DNA of 46,663 bases, taken from NCBI GenBank assembly GCA_012862495.1, contig BLSG01000435.1, forward strand, positions 24,937 to 71,599, given 5' to 3'. Within the stretch, counting starts at the first letter, position 1. Every line of letters starts with the position of its first letter. The DNA is from Thraustochytrium aureum. Taxonomy: Eukaryota. The notes under the pieces were generated by a model. The model searched no databases, was not told where the DNA came from, and saw only the letters and a program-made list of their open reading frames with translations. This document shows positions 17,059-27,500 of this stretch, one piece after another. The translations under genes were made by a program, and so were the position numbers.

Positions 17059-19575
17059 TCAGCACTTGCGGACGGTCTCTTCCTCAAGACCAATCGTGTA
17101 CCGAATGGTGACTGTGACAGTGTGCGTGGACGGTCCCTCAGGCTTGTCCCGGTCGATCACCGGAGCGACAACAAGGAGCGGCAGCATGCTGCGCAGCTTG
17201 CGGTCAACTCCCTTGAGATCCTCGATCCCCTTGCCGCAGTTGTCGCAAAGCCGGAATACGGGAGTCGAAGCGCACGGAAGACGGTAAGCTGCAACACCTG
17301 TTTCGAGCCAAGCGCCGAGGTCGAATCGCACGCGGGTCGATTGAGCCTGCTCAATAGCCACGAGCTGGGAGACCTCGAGGCGGAAACCGCCTGCGTCCGC
17401 AATGTCGCCGGGCTCAAGAGTGCGCTCGCGGAGCACTTGTGCGGCAAGCGAGGTTGGCGACCAAACCGCCTCTTCCCGAAAGATCACGAGACTGCGCGGT
17501 CCAGCCAAGTCGATGTAACTCGGCTGCGCCTGCTTGAGGACGATCCACATGCACGTGGACGAGTTGCTCTTTCCACGCAAGCGGCGGGCGCTCAAAGTGT
17601 CTGCGAGAATGAAGGACGCCCTGTCCTTGACCGCCCCAGAGCCCAGCGCGTGGCAAACGTGCCGCAACGTATAGCGCCAGAAAAAGGCTGTTTGGTCCAT
17701 GTAGCCTTCAAGCGGGACTCGCGCTGCAACGCGGCCGATCCGGACGTTCGCATGGAACGGGTCCAGCACTGTCCGCTGCAAAAGCTGGTTTACTTGTTCC
17801 GACTGCGCCGCAACCNNNNNNNNNNNNNNNNNNNNNNNNNNNNNNNNNNNNNNNNNNNNNNNNNNNNNNNNNNNNNNNNNNNNNNNNNNNNNNNNNNNNN
17901 NNNNNNNNNNNNNNNNNNNNNNNNNNNNNNNNNNNNNNNNNNNNNNNNNNNNNNNNNNNNNNNNNNNNNNNNNNNNNNNNNNNNNNNNNNNNNNNNNNNN
18001 NNNNNNNNNNNNNNNNNNNNNNNNNNNNNNNNNNNNNNNNNNNNNNNNNNNNNNNNNNNNNNNNNNNNNNNNNNNNNGGTTGCGGCGAAAACCCTCCCCA
18101 TACGTCATCGCCAAGGCAGGCATCAACTTGTCGCGCAGCTTTGCCCTGGTCGACCACTTTGGCGTCGTGTCGCGAAAGTAGGGTATGCAGAACCGGTGCG
18201 CGGCCTGGAAAACCTCCGACTTGTCATTGCCGAGAAGAGGGCGCCATATCCGCACGCCCTCTAGAACCGAGTCTGGCGCCATCCCAGCGAGCTCAAGCAC
18301 ACTACTCCCTTTCATAACATTGCTCACCACGTTCTCTTGCACATCGCCGCGATGGTGGCCAAGCATTACGCCTCCGTCGCCGAGGCCGAGCATCGCGGCG
18401 CGGTACGCGTCAAATCTCGCCTCTCGTGAGCGGCGCTCGTACTCGTCCCGAGCCGTCACGCCGCGCTTGACGTCGGTAATTTTGCGCTCGTGAAACACGA
18501 TTTTGTGCCTAGCGCACCAGGCGCTGACAAAAGCTGCCTCTGCGGCGCTCTCATCGCGGTTGCCATAGTCAATGTGAACCGCGTGGACGACAAGCGCCCG
18601 GCGCGGCCCGGCGCTCGCTTGGCGGGCACGTTTCGAACTCCGGCTTTCTTTGGTTTTCGATATCGATTTGGCGAATCGAGCGTTCAGCGAGGCTTCGGCA
18701 CCATCAGAGTTCTCCCCGACGGGGACGCCGCCTGAACTGGCGATGTGGGCGAGCGAGCGGGCTATAACCATCGAGTCGACCCCCCCGGATAATGACACAA
18801 AGGCGTGGTAAGGTTCCGGCCCGGGCCCTGCGCGCTTCGAAATGAAGCCCAAGAGCGCTTGGTGGACGGGCTCCTCCTCCAGACCTTTGACCACATCGTC
18901 GCCGCCGTCACGGTATGGCAAGCAAGCGGCATCAAGGATCTCGTTTGGGGAAAAGACTGGGAGCGCTTCGGCTTGGCCTTCCACGGCGTGCCGGCGCCGG
19001 TCCCCAGCCGCCTGAAAGCGGTCGAGAACCTCGGCGTGCGCCTGGTGCATGTCCTGGCGCGCTTCTACTCTCTTATCAAGCGCGGCCTGGCATGTGGCAC
19101 GGGTAAATCCAGCAGCTGCGGAGGCCGTGACCACCTCCGGGTCTGCCCAGTCTTGCAGCATTAGGTGACGGAGCGGCATGAGCAGAAAGCACGCGTGCGC
19201 CGCCGGTAGGTGCCAGTCCAGGTCGCGAGACAACGCGGCGCTCGCTTGCGCGACGGCTTTGAGCGTGCATGCTTTGATCCGCGCGGGCGCACCACGATGA
19301 ACATGCCTCGAGAACTGATCAAGGACAACCACGAGGGCGAGCGCTTGGCGCGCAGACAAAGCATCGATGCCGCCCCAGGCGAGTTGAAGCTCCCCGCGCT
19401 CCGCCCGCTCAAGCAACGTCCCAAACTGCTCGGCTACTATCTTGTCGGCGGCTGCTCGGCCGTCTCCCTTCGCAAACCAAAGCGACTTGCGTCGTTCCCG
19501 AACGTCCTGCGCGTCCCCGCGCCGCCCGAACCAGAACTCGAGCACTTGCTCCCACTCGGGCTGCGCGGGGTCCAT
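17059..19575 (-). CDS. tilS: DUF924-like N-terminal domain fused to tRNA(Ile)-lysidine synthase-like PP-loop ATPase (TilS/MesJ); gap 17816-18077
   Basis: DUF924-like VLEFWFG...WFAKG...LALVVVLDQFSRHVHRG...FLLMPLRH. TilS-like SLSGGVDSMV, AVHIDYGNR, YERRSREARF, LGHHRGDVQENVVSNVMKG, IWRPLL, IPYFRDTTP. Confidence 0.85.
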   Translation of the reverse strand: MDPAQPEWEQVLEFWFGRRGDAQDVRERRKSLWFAKGDGRAAADKIVAEQFGTLLERAERGELQLAWGGIDALSARQALALVVVLDQFSRHVHRGAPARIKACTLKAVAQASAALSRDLDWHLPAAHACFLLMPLRHLMLQDWADPEVVTASAAAGFTRATCQAALDKRVEARQDMHQAHAEVLDRFQAAGDRRRHAVEGQAEALPVFSPNEILDAACLPYRDGGDDVVKGLEEEPVHQALLGFISKRAGPGPEPYHAFVSLSGGVDSMVIARSLAHIASSGGVPVGENSDGAEASLNARFAKSISKTKESRSSKRARQASAGPRRALVVHAVHIDYGNRDESAAEAAFVSAWCARHKIVFHERKITDVKRGVTARDEYERRSREARFDAYRAAMLGLGDGGVMLGHHRGDVQENVVSNVMKGSSVLELAGMAPDSVLEGVRIWRPLLGNDKSEVFQAAHRFCIPYFRDTTPKWSTRAKLRDKLMPALAMTYGEGFRRNXXXXXXXXXXXXXXXXXXXXXXXXXXXXXXXXXXXXXXXXXXXXXXXXXXXXXXXXXXXXXXXXXXXXXXXXXXXXXXXXXXXXXXXXVAAQSEQVNQLLQRTVLDPFHANVRIGRVAARVPLEGYMDQTAFFWRYTLRHVCHALGSGAVKDRASFILADTLSARRLRGKSNSSTCMWIVLKQAQPSYIDLAGPRSLVIFREEAVWSPTSLAAQVLRERTLEPGDIADAGGFRLEVSQLVAIEQAQSTRVRFDLGAWLETGVAAYRLPCASTPVFRLCDNCGKGIEDLKGVDRKLRSMLPLLVVAPVIDRDKPEGPSTHTVTVTIRYTIGLEEETVRKC

Positions 19576-19952
19576 CGCGCCTCCAACCCCCACCGCGCGA
19601 AGCTGAGCCACTCGACGCGCACTGCCACAGGGCGATCGCCATGATTGGTCGGACGGACATGGGCAACCCGAAATGAAGGAAGGCCCGCCCGTGGCGAGCT
19701 TGTTCCGTAGACATTNNNNNNNNNNNNNNNNNNNNNNNNNNNNNNNNNNNNNNNNNNNNNNNNNNNNNNNNNNNNNNNNNNNNNNNNNNNNNNNNNNNNN
19801 NNNNNNNNNNNNNNNNNNNNNNNNNNNNNNNNNNNNNNNNNNNNNNNNNNNNNNNNNNNNNNNNNNNNNNNNNNNNNNNNNNNNNNNNNNNNNNNNNNNN
19901 NNNNNNNNNNNNNNNNNNNNNNNNNNNNNNNNNNNNNNNNNNNNNNNNNNNN

Positions 19953-21768
19953 ACCCCGTTTTGCTCGATCAACTCTGCAAGGCGCGCGTCTGCCCGGTCC
20001 AGGGCAAACACGGGCAGGTCGTGACCGAAATTCAGCTCCAATAGCGCCTTGAGTTGCAAAAGCGACGCCTTGGGCGGTGCATATGTCCCGCTATTGTTGT
20101 CGATGATCAGTGCAGGAACGCCGTCTCGTACCGCCCGAGCGCTCTTGGAATCGAAGAAGAACTCGCCGGCATAGACCACCACGCGAGAGGCGTTCGCGTG
20201 CAGTGCGTGCTTGGAGAGCAAGTCTTGGCCGATACGCTTGCTTGTCTCCGAAAAGCGCATCGCGCCGTCTGGCAGAATCACGTAGGTGAACCGCTTTACA
20301 AGGTGGCTGGGGCTCTCCCCGCCGTGCAGGAGCTCGTAGAGCTCGCGCATGCCGCAGACGTGCGTTTCGTCGTAAAACCCAGACTTGCGGTCCTTCGCAT
20401 AAAGAGCACGGTGCTCCCAATGTATCCCTGCGCGGATCATCCGACTCTTGAAGCCGGGCCCAAATATTTTTTGCGCTGCGCCGTACGTCGCGTTCCAGGG
20501 CTGGAGCTCAGTGAAGACCGCGCTAACGGCCCAGAGCGCAAGCTCCCAGGTTTGAAACGTGCGGAACGCGCCACCATCCAGTACGTAACGGATTGCCCCG
20601 CCACGCAAGTTCCAATTTGAAACCACCCGGAGCTCGGGGACTGGGAACGGTCCCGTACCGCGGAGGATGCCGTCGCCCATCCTGGCCAGATAGGTGGGCG
20701 GCGCGAACGGTTCGAGCCACACGCTGATAAAGACGCGGCCGCTCTCCCGGTCGCCTTGTCCCAACCTGCGGTGGCGGTAGATTGTGACCCACCGCTCGAG
20801 CGGCTCGAGCGAAGTGGCGTTGCAAAACTCCGACGGATCGATAGTCGCGCTCCCGACAACCAGGTCGCGGCGCAGCTCGACTGCTGTCACAACCACAACG
20901 GATAGTGGCGCGCAAGTCTTGTCTGGTTTTAGCGGGAAGGTGGCTGCCCAGCTCAAGTCCACGGTCCCGCCTGCCCCAAACGCGGTCTTTGACGCCGACC
21001 TGTTGCACCCCGATATAAGCAGCACAGAAGGGTGGAGCTTGGAAAGAGCGTCGGGGCGCACCAGGTCGCTGACACGGCCGACGACTACGCGCAGAACGGT
21101 CCACTCGCCTTGCGCGATGGTCGCCTCGGAATCGGTCAGCGCAGTGTTGAGGAGGCGGGTCCCCCGACAGACAAGCTGTCGCTGGGAAACAAGGGGACGG
21201 ATATCTGAGCTGAACTTGCGGCAGCAGCTACAGCAGCCGAGGGTGGCGGCACCGGGTACTGCAACCCCGGTGCAGCTGATGCGCCAGCACGTACTGCACG
21301 GACGGAGTTCTTGTTCTTGTCTTGCGGCACTGACCGAGCTGGCCGAGCCGCAGGATCGGGCAGAGCGCCGCGCTGTCGAAGCGCTGCCTCGCTTGCCCGA
21401 GCCGCAGGATCGGGCAGAGCGCCGCGCTGTCGAAGCGCTGCCTCGCTTGCCCGAGCCGCAGGATCGGGCAGAGCGCCGCGCTGTCGAAGCGCTGCCTCGC
21501 TTGCCCGAGCCGCAGGATCGGGCAGAGCGCCGCGCTGTCGAAGCGCTGCCTCGCTTGCCCTTGCCTGTGCGCCTGTAGCACATGACGGCGAGCTGCTGGA
21601 GCGCAGCGGCGCGCTGACGACCGGTGTGGTGCCGTAGGGCGGCAACACGAGTTCTGAGAGCCTTGGATGCTCTGGCAGGCCCCTAAACCCGACTGCGTGC
21701 GCGAACTCCTCCTCGTCGGCTTTGAGCCCCAGGATCTCGCCGTCCTCGCCAAAGCGGAAGGTGTCCAT
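19953..21768 (-). CDS. C2-domain protein with an uncharacterised C-terminal domain; apparent frameshift (or intron) near 21160; 3' end falls in gap 19716-19952
   Basis: C2-like LRVVVGRVSDL..PD...HPSV...W...F...DLVVGSATID...ERWVTI...GRVFISVWLEP. C-terminal FTYVILPDG.MRFSET...DLLSKHALH...YAGEFF...IIDNNSGTYAP. A low-complexity N-terminus from ATG 21768 is in another frame. Confidence 0.75.
21343..21558. repeat. Perfect 54-bp tandem repeat x4 (coding, ASEAALRQRGALPDPAAR on the minus strand)
   Basis: ccgagccgcaggatcgggcagagcgccgcgctgtcgaagcgctgcctcgcttgc at 21343, 21397, 21451 and 21505. Confidence 0.97.
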
Positions 21769-21951
21769 CGCGCCGGCAGCCTCTCGGGCGTGCCACAGAC
21801 CGTCGTTGCCGTGGTCGCGAAGCGAAGCGAACTCCAAATGTCAGTGAATCATCACTGTTCAGACTGCTCGAATCTCGGGCGCTCCTGCGAAACGCAGGTG
21901 TGCAAAAGTGACTGGCTCTGCTGCTGGCACGAGCGAGTGAGCGAGCAGAGA

Positions 21952-22072
21952 GGGCCTGCAGTTCGAAGGGCCTGCAGTTCGAGGGGCCTGCAGTTCGGCT
22001 GCCAGCCAGCCAGCCAGTCCGTCCAGCCAGCCTGCCCTCCTTGCCTGCCTGCCTGCCTGCCTGCCTGCCTGC
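21952..22072. repeat. 16-bp triple repeat followed by (gcca)n and (gcct)n microsatellites in a divergent intergenic region
   Basis: gggcctgcagttcg at 21952, 21968 and 21984, then gccagccagcc... and tgcctgcctgcc.... Confidence 0.9.
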
Positions 22073-22174
22073 CCACGAGAGGAGCTGCGGCGGGGCTGCC
22101 AGAGACGACGCTGAGCGGCGCCTAGCGGCGACAGGTCCAACGCATACCCGGCGCACGAGGCCGGCGGAGACGCA

Positions 22175-24113
22175 ATGACGCGCACGCTCCTGCGGCTAGA
22201 AGCTCCTCCGGTCGACTGGCGACCGGAGGACAACGGGAGTTTGGGGAAAGGCATAGCGACGTGCCGCAGCCGCGGGTTCGAGGCTGCGGGGCACGCATTC
22301 CACGCGAAGGCCCGCCGCGTGCTCGGACTCGACAGAGACTCCGAGGCGGTGAGCGACGCGGGTTCAGAGACACAGAGAACGACTGCGATGACGATGCCAA
22401 GATGCGAGCGGCATGGCAGGCTCGCCACCACGCGCAGGAGGCGGAGGACGGTGACAGTGAGGAGGAGAACTTGTACGAGATTCTCGGAATCGGCCACATC
22501 GGCTTCTCCGCCTCGCAGGCGCAGCTCAAGAAGGCGTACCAAAAGGCCATCCTTGTGCACCACCCGGACAAGCTGAGCGCCGAGGAACGCGAAAAGGCGC
22601 AAGAACAGCAGCTCGCTGGGAAGGAAGAGCCCATGTTTCTCAAGGTCCAGCGGGCGTGGGACATCCTCTCCGACGCCACCAAGCGACGAGGGTACGACTC
22701 TCAGTTCGCCTTCGACGATTCGGTCCCGAGCGGCATGCCGCCCGAGTCGGACGAGGCCTTCTTCAGCATTTATGGGCCCGTATTTGAGCGCAACGCGCGC
22801 TTCAGTGTGAAAAAGCCTGTACCCTCGCTAGGGGACAACTCCACCCCGATCGCCAAAGTGCGCAAGTTTTACAAGTTCTGGAGTGCTTTCGAGTCCTGGC
22901 GCGACTTTAGCAAGTTTGACGAGTTCAAGAATGGCGACATTGAGAACGCCCAATCGCGCATCGAGAAGCGCTGGATGCTCCGGCAAAACGAAATCCAGCA
23001 AGCCAAGCGGAAGAAGAAGGAGTACGAACGCGTCTACCAGTTCGTCAAGCGCGCCATGGAGCTCGACCCTCGCGTTGTCCGCGCTGACGAGGAGGATCGC
23101 GTCGCGAAGGAGCAGGCGTTTCGGGAGAAGCTGGCGCGCCGCGAGGCCGATGCGAAAGCGCGCGAAGAGGCAGAGTTGGCCGCGCGAAAGGCGGACGAGG
23201 AGCGTCTGCAAGCGGAGCGTGAGAAGGCTGACGCTGACCGCAAGGACCGCAAAGACCGAAAGAAGGCCTTCAAGCGCCAAATCAGGTTCCTGAAAAAGTG
23301 CTGCGAGGCCGCTGTGGGCCTCCTGAAGCTATCGGACATTGAGCGCGAGCGTATAGCGGACGGCGTGGTTCTTCTCTCGGACCGCCTCGAGGTCGAGGAA
23401 GACGTACGCCCGCTCGTGGAGAGTTTTGCCGCCGACCCTACATCTCTCGCCATCGACGCTTTCGAGGAGCCCGCCTCTGACGAGGCGGCCCGCCGCGGCT
23501 TGGACGCGACCGTGGCCTTCATTAGGAGCGTGGATCGCGAGCGCCACGAGGAACGGGAACGCCAGGACAAGTTGCGCGAAGAGCTTCTCCGCAAAGAGCG
23601 CGAGGAGTTGGAACGGGCCAAGCAGGTTCGCCCGTGGACCGCGGAGGAGTCCTCGTTTCTGGCCAAGGGCGTTCGCAAGTTCCCCCCCGGGTCGCGCAAC
23701 AGGTGGACGATGGTTGCCAACTATGTAAACACCATGCCAGGTATCGAGGAGCCCCGGACTGCCGAGGAGTGCATTCAAGAGTCCAAGGAGCTCGCCCGGG
23801 ACGTCGAGAAGCGCAAAGAGTTTGGGACCAAGGAGGCCGCCTTCGAGCAGCACCAGCGAAAACTCGCCAAAGAGGCCAAGGAAGAACAGAGCGCGTCCGC
23901 CGATGGGGAAGCCCTACCAGACGCAGATCCGTCTGCCTGGGATCCTCAGCAGCAAGAGGCACTCGAGGCCGCGCTCAAGGAGTTTCCTGCCTCGATGGAC
24001 AAGAACGAGCGCTGGAAGGCGATTGCCAAGGCCGTTCCAGGCAAGCCAAAAAGGACTGCGTCGCTCGCTTCAAGCACCTGCGCCAGCTTGTGCTCGAGAA
24101 GCAAGGCAAGTGA
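22175..24113 (+). CDS. DNAJC2: Zuotin/MPP11 (DnaJ subfamily C member 2) ribosome-associated J-protein with two SANT domains; apparent frameshifts near 22369 and 24046
   Basis: N-terminus FEAAGHAFHAKARR (frame of 22175). J-domain NLYEILG...LKKAY...HHPDK...AWDILSD..KRRGYDS. Zuotin domain PVFERNARFS...FESWRDF. SANT1 WTAEESSFLAKGVRKFPPG..NRW. SANT2 W...QQEALEAALKEFP...ERWKAIA, completed by KKDCVARFK in the -1 frame (stop at 24113). Confidence 0.95.
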
Positions 24114-24380
24114 TTCGAGCCGTTCGCGTTAGTGTGGATGACATTGAGGTGAGTAGTGTGGCGTTTGTGCTCGATCATGATAGTAGAGGGTGAGTGGTAC
24201 ATACAAGAATCGAATCCCCGTGTTTCCCACGGCGCCCCAGAGTTGCTCGACGCCCACCCCCTCGACGCCCACCCCCTCGACGCCCAAGGTTGCAATGCTG
24301 CGTCCAGTGCTCTGCTGCGAGTCTGCACTTCTTGCTCAAGCCACCCACCCACCAACCTAATTGTAGGCCAACTGGGAGGT

Positions 24381-24409
24381 ACTACGAGTACTGTATTACT
24401 ACTCGTAGT
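24381..24409. promoter_or_regulatory. Intergenic inverted repeat (10-bp stem, 9-nt loop), TpA-rich; function unknown
   Basis: actacgagta (24381-24390) and tactcgtagt (24400-24409) are exact reverse complements. Confidence 0.45.
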
Positions 24410-24568
24410 TACTGTTAGCCCACAGCCCAGCGGAGTGGGTGAGCGAGAGACCTCGCCCGTAAGAGCGGTGCCGTCCGCGGCAGTGGCGGCGCACCGGCAG
24501 CGGCGCGTGACCAAACGACGAGTGGGACGGGGCTTGCTGCTCTTCTATTTCGCCGAGGGCAAAGAGGC

Positions 24569-27500
24569 ATGGACTCACTCGCTCAGACTCAGACAGCGGT
24601 TGACTCGGCTCACCTGGTCGCGCTGTTGGACGGCCTGCAAAGCTCACAAAACGAGCCACGCGTGGCCGCAGAAGCTGCATTGGACGCGATCCCAGCCGTC
24701 GCAAGTGCAGTCGGCCTCGCGCGCCTTGCTCGGGAACATCGCGACCCAAGCTACCGCCTCGCTGCTNNNNNNNNNNNNNNNNNNNNNNNNNNNNNNNNNN
24801 NNNNNNNNNNNNNNGAACATCGCGACCCAAGCTACCGCCTCGCTGCTCTGGTGGTGCTCGGCGCAGTTCTCGTTGGCCGCGGCGGCTACTACGAGCTCGA
24901 GGACGACCCCGCGCAAGCACACGTGTTTGCGCGCATCCTTGATGGCCTGGCGCATGAGCCTGTGTGGGCTGTGCGACGCGCTTTGGCACATCTCGCAGGC
25001 CAGCTCGCAGAAATGCTGGAGCCGCAAGCCCAGTGGCCAGAGCTGCTCCAGGCAACTGCAACTCTTCTTCGGGCGTTGGACACGCCAGGACGGTTGGCTG
25101 GCCTATTGGTGGCCAAGTACGTCCCGGAGGGTCTCGTAAGCGTCCTGGCGCAGGACGGACTCGAACCCCTTGCAGACGCTCTCCTCGGGTGCCTGCGCTT
25201 CCACCAGGAGCCTCGAGTCCAGGCCGGCGCTGTCGAGCTGCTGACTGCGATGAGTCCATTTGTGCTGGGTTTCGATCGGCCCGCGCTGCGCTCCCTTGTC
25301 CCCGCTATGTTGTGCGTGATGGAGGAGTCGGCAGCCAACCCGGATGGCGCGCTCGCACCATTCTTGCAGAGCCTGGTCGAGCTGTACCAGGCGAATGCTC
25401 GCTTGGTGGCCCGCGCCGGGTCTACAGGCACCGAAACCGTGCGACGTCTTGTTGCTGTCGTTGATGCAGTGAGCCTGGGGGCGGGCTGCAGGGTACTTGC
25501 AATGGAGGCCCTCGTGACGCTCTGCGAACAAGCCCCTGCAGCTATGCGCGAAATGCGGTTTGCGAATGGGCCAGAGTTCTCTCACGCTTTTGGCGAGTCG
25601 CTCTTCAGGGCGCTGATCAACGATGCCCCGGAGGCAACGCCGGCGTGGGCCAACTCGAACGACGACTACGAGGGCGGCGAGTGCGGCGATGATCACCAGG
25701 GCGATCGCGACGGGCGTTGTGCTTGTGCAGCGGCTGCTGCCCTTGGCCGACTTTGCGACCCTGACTCCCTTGGGCCTGCCGTGGTCGCACCACTGGTGAT
25801 CCGTTTCTCGCAAGAGTGCCTGGCGCAGGCAACTTGGACTGCGCGACACGCAGCCGTCCAAGCCTGTGGCCGGATTTGTGAGGCCTTGGGCTGCGCACCG
25901 CCTCATGACGAATGGCAGCAAGCGGGACCTGATCAGTTTGTCGGGCTCAACGGCGGCCAGACAGAGGCTGTCGTGGACCAAGTCACGGCCTGGTGCGTCT
26001 CGCTTGCGAAAAGCGATGCAAGCCCCAAGGTCCGCTTTGCGTCTGCGAACGCGCTCGGCACCTTGTGCGCTGTGTTCCCTCGTCGGGCGTGCGGGAGCGC
26101 GCCACTTCTTGGCGCCCTCGATGCCTCAACTAGGGACCGCATTCCACGAATCCGAGCGAGGGCCTGCGACGCCATCCAGGCCCTTGCAGATTCGAGCTTG
26201 GGAGAGGAGCACAGCGCGCTCGCAGGGATGCTCGTCGCGGTGCAAGCTGCGTTCGACGAAGGCCCGCTCATCGTCCAAGAAGCAGCGCTCAGCGCGCTCT
26301 TCTCGTTGGCGCGGCTTCCGGGCTTGCGTGTTTCAATTGCTCAAGCATATCAACCATGGCGCACTCGCCTTGCACGTGAAGTTGCACACGGTGCCGGCGG
26401 GCACCGCAGCAAAGCGCTCCGCGAAAGAGCGGCGGCGTGTCTAGCAGCTCTGGCAGCTGCCTCGGACTCGGCGGGGGCACAGCAGGATTGTGTCGAGCTT
26501 ACGGGCGCCCTAGAGTCCTGGCAGGGTGACCAAGACTCGGCTTCAAGACCTGGCCTTTTCGAGGCTTGGGAGATGGTGGCGACCTGCCTCGGGCCTCACT
26601 TCGCTCCCAAGCTGGCGCTTCTTCTCCCTCGTTTAGCTGCCACCTGCTGCCTCCAGGTTCACTACGACGAGGACTTTGCCCCTGTGCGCTCCTCGCAAGT
26701 CGACGAAAAGATCAGGGCATTTTCGCTTCTCCACCGCATCTCCGCTTCGGTAGGAGTAGGCCTGGCCCTTCACGGACGAAGTGTACTCGCAATCGCTCAG
26801 AGTCAAGTTGCTGAGGATCCCGAGCCGGAAGTTCGGATCCTTGCTGCCGGCCTCATGCCGCTCATTGTGGCTGCTGCCATCGGCGGCGAAGCAGGGCCGC
26901 ACAGCCTTACAGGCGCACAGGCTATTGCTGCGTCGATGATGAGTCTCCTTGCACAGCTCGAACGCGATGAGGACCCCGAGGTTGCGCTCGGCCTTGTCGC
27001 CTCGCTTCGCGACGTGATGCTCGCCGCGCGGGCACAAGGCAGGCAGGTCAAAGTGGAGCTCAAGCAACTGTGCTCCAAGTTGGCTGGTCGCCTGCGCAGA
27101 AGCATACACCAGCGCGAGCTACTTCGCGCTCAACTCACGATTGACTGCGGCCGCGGTGGTCTGGATGAGGACGCGCGCGAGGCCCTGGCTCGCGGTGACC
27201 GGCTCGAGGACGACCTTCGTTTTGAGATTGTCGATGCGCTTTGTGCGATGGCGGGAGAATTCCGAGACGAGTTTGCAGAGTCGTTTGTAGACGAAGTCCT
27301 TGAGTTGGTGCTCGATCTCGCTAATCCCGGGCGCCTCCTTCAGGACAGATCGACGTCCCTCTACCTGATTATTGAGGTCTTAGAGCACTGCGCGGAGGGC
27401 CCGCGGATCCGTGCGGTGCTGTCCGACGTCGTCGATGTGCTCGTTGAGAACCTCCGCCCTGATGCGCTCGGCGCTGGCGCAAACGACGTGATGCAAGGTG

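Noticed and set aside
14026..19575. Bacterial contamination or an operon (CoADR-RHD plus tilS)
   Set aside because: The genes are 1.3 kb apart, look similar in composition to their neighbours and sit among clearly eukaryotic genes. CoADR is contiguous with the LRR gene without a gap.
21343..21558. Regular repeats as a CRISPR array (also 1863-2030)
   Set aside because: The units are contiguous with no unique spacers, there are no cas genes and the context is eukaryotic.
21961..21997. gttcga motifs as tRNA T-loops
   Set aside because: No cloverleaf, D-arm or acceptor stem could be built.
22261..22368. ORF-track start of DNAJC2 at 22261 (GTG, MPQPRV...)
   Set aside because: The zuotin-like N-terminus is in the 22175 frame, so the 22261 start is a frameshift artefact.
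24734..24847. 33-bp direct repeat flanking the gap in the importin gene (possible target-site duplication)
   Set aside because: Identical sequence on both sides of an N-run is typical of unmerged overlapping contig ends, and collapsing it gives a clean frame.
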